Below are positions 19,312 through 26,540 of a stretch of DNA of 28,286 nt, piece by piece (within the stretch, counting starts at the first letter, position 1; every line of letters begins with the position of its first letter). Location: contig JBDRQF010000023.1 of assembly GCA_043826435.1 (NCBI GenBank), positions 1 to 28,286 of the forward strand, written 5' to 3'. The notes below the pieces were generated by a model that had not been told where the DNA came from, made no database searches, and was given only the letters and a program-made list of their open reading frames with translations. This stretch comes from Elusimicrobiota bacterium (GTDB lineage: Bacteria; Elusimicrobiota; Endomicrobiia; CG1-02-37-114; JAHJSO01). The position numbers and the translations under genes are program-made.

Positions 19312-21744
19312 TTATTTACCCGTAAGCGCCGTCTTGAGCATTCTTAATGACTTGATTATTTCCCGCGGCTTGAAAAAAAGATTGTATTCGTGAACGGGGG
19401 CGCACCAGCAGGTGGCACACTCTTTATTCCTTACCTTCCTCACCAACTGCCTGAATTTTTCCGACTTAATAATACCGCCGATTTCCGTCTCCCTGACGTT
19501 CCCGGCAACACCCTGGTGGAGCGGGTAGCAAACACCGACATTTCCCTCCGGAAAAATAATAAGCGTAAGGCCGCCCGCAAAACACATGGTCCCCGGCATT
19601 TTCGGGTTCCTGAAATACTCAGGTATGTTTTTGATAAAAAAGTTTGAGTTTCTCAGAAGGCGGGGATATTTTTCTGAAATCCTTTTAAGTTCCGCCTCCA
19701 GTTCCGTGATTTCACTGCCGGAAAGAACGAATTTCTCCAGCATTTTTTTATCCCTCATCTGGTAAGAAAAAAACGGCTGTGGGGCGACACTGTCCAGCCC
19801 GGTGTCCAGGGCATACTCAAATAATTTTTCCAGTTTATTGTAATTATACCTGCTTATCACGGAACCGATACCGAGGTGAAAACCCGCGGCGCCTTTATAT
19901 TTTGCGAGCATCCTCAGCCCGGCGTCCACTTTTTTAAAGGCGCCTTTCATCGCGCGGATTTCGTCCTGCGTGTCGTCCGGTGAATCCAGCGACACGTGTA
20001 TGTGGTCAACACCCGACGAGGCGAGTTTTTCTGCGATTGTTTCATTTATCGCCACCCCGTTCGTGACAATCCCGACAACAAGATTATTTTCCTTGCAAAA
20101 CTTTATAACGTCAAACAGGTCCTCCCTCAACAGCGGCTCCCCGCCGGCGAAGGTAATGTATTTCGCCCCGATTTTTTTCAGTTGCAGGACGGCCGCCCGG
20201 ATTTCTTCAAGAGTAAGTTCCTGCCTTTTTAACTCGTCCTGGTTCTGCCTGCCTATATCGCAGTAATTACACAAAAGGTTGCACCGCCAGGTTATGAACC
20301 AAGTGATGTTATACGGCTTAACAAAAAGGCCCAGTTTAAAGAGCAGGGCTTTTACATATACCCTGGACACCGTTAAGATACCGCCGGCAATTTTCTTTAT
20401 TGTCCTCGCATTAAAAATTTCAGTCAGCGGCGCCAGGGTTTTTAATATCTTTTCGGCAGGCGCCTTCGGGTATTGTAACGACATCAATAATAACTTTATT
20501 GCCATCCTGGGGTGCCTAATAAAATATTCAAGGTACAACTGCGCCCTCAATTTTTCTATTTTTTCCTTCGGGATTTTTGAAAGGTTTGCCGTCACCCTCT
20601 CCTGCGCAAAATCGGCCCAGTTCACGTTTCCCGGGATGAGGCCTTGTTCCCTTGCCATTTTCCACAGCCCGGTCCCGGGATACGGAGTGCTTATGTATAT
20701 ACCGGGGAGCGTAATTTTATTTTCCCTTATAAACTTTCTCGTCTGCTCTATGTCATCCATCGTCTCGGTCGGGTTGCCAATTATGAACGAACCGTTTGCC
20801 ATTATGCCGGCCCTGTTGCACATTTCAATCGCCCTTTTAGAGTCCTCTACGTTTATGCCCTTTTTTAATAAATCCAGAATCCTCTGCGAGCCGCTTTCAA
20901 ATCCGAAATTTATAAGACGGCACCCCGCTGCCTTCGCCATCTCCAGGGTTTCCATATCAATATTATCAACCCTCGTGCTCCCACCCCATATCAGGTTAAA
21001 CCTTTTCTGAATCATCTGCTCACAGATTTCATGGACTCTTTTCTTGTTAAGAAAAAAGTTGTCTTCAACGAAATATACCGCCTTAACGTCATACTTTTCC
21101 TTCAGGTATGCAATCTCGGAAATTACCCTCCCGGCGCTGTGAAACCTGCACGGCGTCCCCCGCCAGGTATTATGGCAGAATATACACAGGTAGGGACAGC
21201 CCCTGCTCGTTAAAAGAGAGGCAACCTTTGTCCTCGGCGGAACAAATGCAAAATAAATTATGTAAGGGACCCTGTCCTTGCTTCTCAGGTAAAAATCCAT
21301 CTGAAGCAGGTGCCTGGACGGCGGGGGGATATCGTCAATATTTTTAATATAGGGGGCGGTTACCAATCCCGACTTTATCTTTTTATTTATGATGTCCAGC
21401 ATCGCCGCTTCGCCCTCGCCCTTGACGACTATATCAACGTATTTCATCGCCTCGTCTGGGAAAATGCTTGCGTGGACCCCGCCCATAACCGTCAGGAATC
21501 CCATTTTTTTACAAAGGGATGCGACCCTGTATGCATCCGGGGCAAGAGCGGTCGTGGCGGTTATGCCTGCTACATCGGGATGAAATTTTTCAAGTTCTTC
21601 CTCTACGTTTTGCCCTGCCAGTTCGTCAACGATTTTAACTTCAACGTTATTTTTTTCCAAATAGGACGCGATGAAACCCAGATTCAGCGGTTCGTGGACG
21701 GCAAATCTCTGCGACTTCCCAGGATTTATAAATGCAACTTTCAT
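19312..21744 (-). CDS. Fusion: cobalamin-dependent radical SAM + second radical SAM/SPASM(Twitch) enzyme
   Basis: N-half: B12 domain, SRGCPYLCIFC, GFESGSQ, TPYPGT. C-half: TWRCNLLCNYC, GGEPLLR, TNG, VSLDS, CFAG..PEGNVGVC..CATCWC. Confidence 0.9.
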   Translation of the reverse strand: MKVAFINPGKSQRFAVHEPLNLGFIASYLEKNNVEVKIVDELAGQNVEEELEKFHPDVAGITATTALAPDAYRVASLCKKMGFLTVMGGVHASIFPDEAMKYVDIVVKGEGEAAMLDIINKKIKSGLVTAPYIKNIDDIPPPSRHLLQMDFYLRSKDRVPYIIYFAFVPPRTKVASLLTSRGCPYLCIFCHNTWRGTPCRFHSAGRVISEIAYLKEKYDVKAVYFVEDNFFLNKKRVHEICEQMIQKRFNLIWGGSTRVDNIDMETLEMAKAAGCRLINFGFESGSQRILDLLKKGINVEDSKRAIEMCNRAGIMANGSFIIGNPTETMDDIEQTRKFIRENKITLPGIYISTPYPGTGLWKMAREQGLIPGNVNWADFAQERVTANLSKIPKEKIEKLRAQLYLEYFIRHPRMAIKLLLMSLQYPKAPAEKILKTLAPLTEIFNARTIKKIAGGILTVSRVYVKALLFKLGLFVKPYNITWFITWRCNLLCNYCDIGRQNQDELKRQELTLEEIRAAVLQLKKIGAKYITFAGGEPLLREDLFDVIKFCKENNLVVGIVTNGVAINETIAEKLASSGVDHIHVSLDSPDDTQDEIRAMKGAFKKVDAGLRMLAKYKGAAGFHLGIGSVISRYNYNKLEKLFEYALDTGLDSVAPQPFFSYQMRDKKMLEKFVLSGSEITELEAELKRISEKYPRLLRNSNFFIKNIPEYFRNPKMPGTMCFAGGLTLIIFPEGNVGVCYPLHQGVAGNVRETEIGGIIKSEKFRQLVRKVRNKECATCWCAPVHEYNLFFKPREIIKSLRMLKTALTGK

Positions 21745-21819
21745 AATCTCCCTGACCCCGCGCCCCTTTTGTTACGCCCTTTTACTGCACCCCCGACGTT
21801 TGCCAGGACGCGACCATTC

Positions 21820-22941
21820 TCACTTCGGTAAATACAGCCGGCAGTACTTGCATATCGCCGGAAATTTGTCCTTCCGCAGGACTTTCAGAAAATCCTTAAA
21901 CTCCTTTGATTTCCATATATCGTGGAAGTCCTGCTCCAGAAGATTGCCGAAACTGTACTTCTTCTGGTGTTCTCTCTGGTTCGCCTGATTGATTATACAG
22001 CACGGCTGGACGTGTCCGGTCACCAGGACGAACGGCTCATTCCATCTCACGCAACAGCCCGGCGGGTTCGTCGGTTCAATATTCTCATTCCAGTTGATGT
22101 AAATCCCGTATTCCCTGCCCTTCTTCAGAACCTCGCTGCGGATTTCCTCAGGGATGTCCGTGGCGATGCTCTGCACCTCGGGGAAAGACAGGATGTTCGT
22201 CCAGAATATCAGCGTAGCATAGTTGTATTTTTTGTCCTTCACGAGTCCCTGAACCAGGTCAACGTATTCGGGCATCTCCGCAACGTTGTGCTTTGTCACA
22301 ATCAACTGGAACCATATCTCGGGCAGGGGGGATTTTATTTCCTCTTTTAGTTTCAACATCGCCTCAATGTTGCCGAGGACCTTGTAAAATTTCGTGCCAC
22401 ACCTGATTTTTTCGTATGTCTCCTCGCGGGCGGCGTCAAAAGACACCCATATCTTGTCTATACCCATCTCTATGAGTTCGCGCGCAACCTTTTCGTCTAT
22501 CAAATCAAAACTGTCAAAAAACTCAACATAGACCGAACGGGACTTTAAGTAGCGGAGCATTTTTAAGAAGTCAGGGTTGAGAAAACTTGAGCCGATACCG
22601 CTGGTGCCCACCCATTTCAAATCCGGGAACTGGTCAACTATCTTTTTGAACTCCTCAAACGACATATCCCTCGGCGGCTCACTCCAGTAAGTGTGTTCGC
22701 ATATACTGCACCTCAGGTGGCACCTCGTGGTCACCTCTATCTCCATCGTCTCCGGATAAGGCCTGATGAAGGGGAACGTCCTGTACAATGTGTCGTGCAG
22801 AGCCATACCGGAGTCCCTCGTCCATATACCCACCCAGATATGATTGAACGCCATCCTGAATTTTCCCCTGCCGAGCAAAAACAAAACGTACCGGAGGCGC
22901 GAAAAAATAATTCCTAAAAGTTTAATCCGTCGGACGTCCAT
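21820..22941 (-). CDS. Radical SAM / SPASM(Twitch) domain protein
   Basis: EVTTRCHLRCSIC, VSFDAA..TYEKIR, C-terminal CC..GHVQPCC..FGNL..IW..CKYC. Confidence 0.88.
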   Translation of the reverse strand: MDVRRIKLLGIIFSRLRYVLFLLGRGKFRMAFNHIWVGIWTRDSGMALHDTLYRTFPFIRPYPETMEIEVTTRCHLRCSICEHTYWSEPPRDMSFEEFKKIVDQFPDLKWVGTSGIGSSFLNPDFLKMLRYLKSRSVYVEFFDSFDLIDEKVARELIEMGIDKIWVSFDAAREETYEKIRCGTKFYKVLGNIEAMLKLKEEIKSPLPEIWFQLIVTKHNVAEMPEYVDLVQGLVKDKKYNYATLIFWTNILSFPEVQSIATDIPEEIRSEVLKKGREYGIYINWNENIEPTNPPGCCVRWNEPFVLVTGHVQPCCIINQANQREHQKKYSFGNLLEQDFHDIWKSKEFKDFLKVLRKDKFPAICKYCRLYLPK

Positions 22942-23702
22942 TTTAATATCCTTTCCGCCGTTTTTATGTCCTCCGGCGAAGTCACGTTCAAATATTCGCC
23001 TTTAAAGAAAACCGGCGACAACCTCTCGCCGCTGCTCACCATATTCTGCAGGACGTCGGTAATTTCAACCTCGCCACGCAGGGCTGACGGCGGCGTCTTT
23101 TTGATGTAATCAAACACCTTGCCGTTGAAAAAATAAAAACCCATCCCGCACAGGTTGTTGACGAGTCCCTTCGGCTTCTCCACGACTCCCGCCACAAGCC
23201 CGTCCTTTATCTCAACCGAATAACTCTGTTTTATGTACCGCGGATTGTCCGTCTCCCAAACGCCGAATCCCTGGGACATAACCCGTCCACCGGAGCACCC
23301 CGGCGCCGGCTCAAAATTCCCCCGGCAGACGCAGTCGCCCAGGACCAGAATAAATTTATCCTCAATAAACTCCCTCGCGCACTCAACCGCATGGGCTATG
23401 CCCCTCGGCTGTTTTTGTTCTACGAAATTATAACTTATGATTTTCGCCCCACCCTCCAGCCCATCTTTCAGCCCACCCTTCAGCCCGGCGACGTATTCCG
23501 TTATAAGTTCCTTCCTGTAACCGACTACGAATACGAAGTCCCTGCTGAATGCGGACCAGTAATCAATCGTCCACCCTAACAGAGGCATTCCGCCCACCTC
23601 AACCATAACCTTGGGGATTTCCTGCCCGACCTCAAGCATCCTCTTGCCCCTGCCTGCAGCCAGGACAACGCATTTAGTGTTTTTTGTCAGCCAGTCCTTC
23701 AT
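22914..23702 (-). CDS. Sugar-phosphate nucleotidyltransferase (RmlA/NTP_transferase family)
   Basis: LAAGRGKRM, PKVM, QKQPRGIAHAV, LGD, VEKP, SALRGEVEITD. Confidence 0.92.
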   Translation of the reverse strand: MKDWLTKNTKCVVLAAGRGKRMLEVGQEIPKVMVEVGGMPLLGWTIDYWSAFSRDFVFVVGYRKELITEYVAGLKGGLKDGLEGGAKIISYNFVEQKQPRGIAHAVECAREFIEDKFILVLGDCVCRGNFEPAPGCSGGRVMSQGFGVWETDNPRYIKQSYSVEIKDGLVAGVVEKPKGLVNNLCGMGFYFFNGKVFDYIKKTPPSALRGEVEITDVLQNMVSSGERLSPVFFKGEYLNVTSPEDIKTAERILKWTSDGLNF

Positions 23703-25113
23703 ATACCCCCTGATATGCTTTCAGTATTTTTTTCTCGTCAAAAATCTCAAGCGCCCTGCTCCTGCCTTTCTTCCCCATCCCTGCCGCTCCTGTTTTATCG
23801 CCGAGCAGAAGCAGAATCTTTTCAGCAAAATCATCCGGGTCCGAACTCCCGCACAGGTACCCCGTTTCTCCATCTGAAATAAACTCGGGTATCCCGCCAA
23901 GCCGGCTGCCTACAACGGGTTTTGAACACAGCATCGCCTCACCCACTATCACGGGGCTCATGTTCTCCCACTGCTCGGGCACGACTACCATCTCAACCCT
24001 GCCGATATACTCCCGCACAACGGTATTGGGCCGCGGGCCCAGCAACTCAATGTTTTTCTGAATGCCTGCATCTTTTATGAGCGCGTCTATGAGTTCCCTG
24101 TATTTATTCTCCCACTTGACGTCCGGTCCGATAACGAACAGTTTAGCCGACGGCTTGTTCTTAACGACGCCCGCCATAGCCCTCAGCAGAACGTCCAGCC
24201 CTTTTCTCTTCTGGAGCCACCCGACATACAGAATGGAATCGGGAACAAGCGGCGCACCGCCCGGGATTCCTCCCGCTGGGGCTCCCCCCACCGTGTCATT
24301 GCGAGGCGCGGCCGAAGCAATCTCTCCTCCCCCCAGCGTGTCATTGCGAGGCGCAGCCGGTGCAATCTCTCCTCCCCCCTGTGTCATAGTCTTAAAGTCC
24401 TCCGGGTAGGGCAGAGGGATAATCTCTATCCTCCGCCCGTCTATGCCGAAGTCCTTAAGAATGCCCGCAGACGAGTTTGAAAGTACAATAAATTTATCAA
24501 TCCTCTTTATGAAAAAATCAAAAACCTGTCTCCTGAACAAAAGCAACGCTTTCTGGAAGAGCACAAATTTCTCAGGCAGGCATTTCCAACACAGGACGCC
24601 GTGAAACTCCCTGCAGGCATCGTTCTTTTCGTTCACAAGCGTCTCGGAGACGCAGAAAGTCCAGTAATCATACACGGAAAAACATACAGGTATATTCATT
24701 TTTTTGGCAGCCAAAATCACCGCGAAAGTCAGAAACCTTATCCTGTGCACGTGGACCACGTCGGGCTTTTTCTCCTTAAAGACATTCAAACAGAAAAAAT
24801 ATACACGGGGGTCAAACTGGAAAAGATACCATTTTAAAATTTCTATGTAAGACGCAACTTTTTTTGGAAAATTTTTCTCAATTATCGGTGCGAAATAAAC
24901 TTCGGGCGATGTCTTATCCTTTGGTGTCTTATCCTTTGGTGTTGACGGTTCTTTGTCGGATGGAATAGTAATATAGAAAATTTCCGGGGTCATTTTCGGC
25001 GTCCCTTTTTTTATTAATTCTCCTATCCTCCGGAAAGCCCAGTCAGCACCGCCTGACCTTGAGTGATAATCCGGAAGATAATCCCCCGCAAAACATATTT
25101 TTAATTGTGTCAT
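23674..25113 (-). CDS. GT4 family (GT-B) glycosyltransferase
   Basis: SGGA, PDVVHVH, YVGWLQKRKG, E-x7-E motif (ENMSPVIVGEAM region), GGIPE..DGETG. Start placed at ATG 25113 with SD AGGTGG. Confidence 0.92.
   Translation of the reverse strand: MTQLKICFAGDYLPDYHSRSGGADWAFRRIGELIKKGTPKMTPEIFYITIPSDKEPSTPKDKTPKDKTSPEVYFAPIIEKNFPKKVASYIEILKWYLFQFDPRVYFFCLNVFKEKKPDVVHVHRIRFLTFAVILAAKKMNIPVCFSVYDYWTFCVSETLVNEKNDACREFHGVLCWKCLPEKFVLFQKALLLFRRQVFDFFIKRIDKFIVLSNSSAGILKDFGIDGRRIEIIPLPYPEDFKTMTQGGGEIAPAAPRNDTLGGGEIASAAPRNDTVGGAPAGGIPGGAPLVPDSILYVGWLQKRKGLDVLLRAMAGVVKNKPSAKLFVIGPDVKWENKYRELIDALIKDAGIQKNIELLGPRPNTVVREYIGRVEMVVVPEQWENMSPVIVGEAMLCSKPVVGSRLGGIPEFISDGETGYLCGSSDPDDFAEKILLLLGDKTGAAGMGKKGRSRALEIFDEKKILKAYQGVYEGLADKKH
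24294..24378. repeat. Two head-to-tail REP-like units (45-nt period) in frame in the GT4 gene
   Basis: TGTCATTGCGAGGCGC... at 24294 and 24339; encode GGGEIAPAAPRNDT and GGGEIASAAPRNDT. Confidence 0.93.
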
Positions 25114-25245
25114 TGCACCCACCTACTGCCATTGCGAGGGGCGAAACCCCGAAGCAATCCCCTCGTTCATTCTGTCATTGCGAGGCGCAGCCGAAGCAAT
25201 CTCTCATCCCCGCCTTGTCATTGCGAGGCGCAGCCGAAGCAATCT
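25108..25245. repeat. Tandem array of three REP-like units plus one partial terminus
   Basis: Units at 25127, 25173, 25216; partial TGTCATTGC at 25108-25116. Confidence 0.93.
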
Positions 25246-25254
25246 CTTCTCCCA

Positions 25255-26469
25255 CTACTGCACTTCGCCCTTAAAAAGAATACTCAAAAACCTCTTCGGC
25301 CCTATTATAAAATGGGTCAATAAACTATTAAAATTGTATTTGAAAATTGACAAAAAAGTTGCCTTCATAATCTTTGCAGGAACCCCCTGTCTGTAATACC
25401 ATCCCCTTGTGATTTTTTTTGAATATCTGTAAATCTCTTTTTGTCTCTCTTCGGGATAGGCGAGAGTAGAAGCCGATGCCTTCTCTCCATAAAATATTTT
25501 ATCGGGCTGACTGACAGGAACATAATAACTCACTACGGGTTTAACCCCTTGTTTTCTCGCCCACTCAATACTGGCGATGTCTTTTTCGTAATTTGAGCCG
25601 GGCAACCCGAGTATAAAATAACCCTTCACTTCCTTGAAATATTTTTTTGCAATCTCAACCGCCTGTTCTATCTGCCCGATTGTTTCACCTTTTTTAACCA
25701 ATGCAAGCACCTCATCATCAGTGGACTCTATGCCGAAACCCACCGTATCGCATCCGGCAGAAGCCATGGCGCAGGCGGACTCCTCATCAAACCTGTCCGC
25801 CCTGAGTCCGTTTGAACACAGCCACCTGAGTTTTAGCGGCTTCACCAGTCCGCAAAATTCCAATACCCTGTCTTTATCAACATTAAAAGCGTCGTCTATG
25901 ATTTCAAAAGAAACAATATTGTATTCCTTCTGTGCCCGCTTTAATTCTTCAGCAGAATTTTTAGCAGAGCGAGCATGCCATTTTCTACTTCTGCAGGCGC
26001 AAAAAGTACACTGGTAGGGACACCCGACGGAAGTCATTATTGAATAATTCCAGAGACCTGTCTGCCAGTTTGTAGAAAGATAATTAAAAGAATCAAATAA
26101 CTCATAGTCGGGAAATGGATATTCGTCTGAAAATGGCTTATCAAACACTATTTTTTTATCAAAATCCAGAAAAGGATAACAACACTGCACATCAACAGAT
26201 GTTGAAACAGATTTTATTTCAGACGATGGATATTTGGCAGTATAAATATCTGCTATTCTTTTCGCCTCCTCAAGTGCAAACGACCTGACAGAAATACCTA
26301 AAACATCGGCACTGTGGCGCAGGAACCTGTCCCTCGGATATGGGAGTATATGCTGGTCAATCACCCTTGTCTTAAAGTGTGTTGCGGCATAAGCAAGAGA
26401 TATATTCGGTATATTGATATACACCTCGCTGGACGGGTCAATGAATAACATGCTGGCGTTTTTTTCCAT
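25255..26469 (-). CDS. Radical SAM protein of class B type with shortened/degenerate cobalamin-binding domain
   Basis: TSVGCPYQCTFC, DDAFN, GLRAD, GFGIES, YFILGLPG; N-terminus lacks GGxH and GEGE. Start uncertain (ATG 26469 chosen; track start 26511 lies in a repeat). Confidence 0.8.
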   Translation of the reverse strand: MEKNASMLFIDPSSEVYINIPNISLAYAATHFKTRVIDQHILPYPRDRFLRHSADVLGISVRSFALEEAKRIADIYTAKYPSSEIKSVSTSVDVQCCYPFLDFDKKIVFDKPFSDEYPFPDYELFDSFNYLSTNWQTGLWNYSIMTSVGCPYQCTFCACRSRKWHARSAKNSAEELKRAQKEYNIVSFEIIDDAFNVDKDRVLEFCGLVKPLKLRWLCSNGLRADRFDEESACAMASAGCDTVGFGIESTDDEVLALVKKGETIGQIEQAVEIAKKYFKEVKGYFILGLPGSNYEKDIASIEWARKQGVKPVVSYYVPVSQPDKIFYGEKASASTLAYPEERQKEIYRYSKKITRGWYYRQGVPAKIMKATFLSIFKYNFNSLLTHFIIGPKRFLSILFKGEVQ

Positions 26470-26505
26470 TTCTAATTTCAACCCCCACCTCATTGCCTCT
26501 CGCCC

Positions 26506-26540
26506 TGTCATTGCGAGCCCCGAAGGGGCGTGGCAATCTC
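26506..26540. repeat. Single REP-like unit
   Basis: TGTCATTGCGAGCCCCGAAGGGGCGTGGCAATCTC; overlaps the TGA stop of the upstream gene. Confidence 0.92.

Noticed and set aside
25108..25245. Tandem ~30-nt repeats resembling a mini CRISPR array
   Set aside because: Spacers are only about 12-13 nt, the same unit is dispersed and inverted elsewhere including inside genes, and no cas genes are present.
25059..25396. Small plus-strand ORFs over the repeat array (also 9285-9515)
   Set aside because: Translations (CHCEAQPKQS, VIARRSRSNL, SLRGAAEAIS) are the repeat read in three frames.
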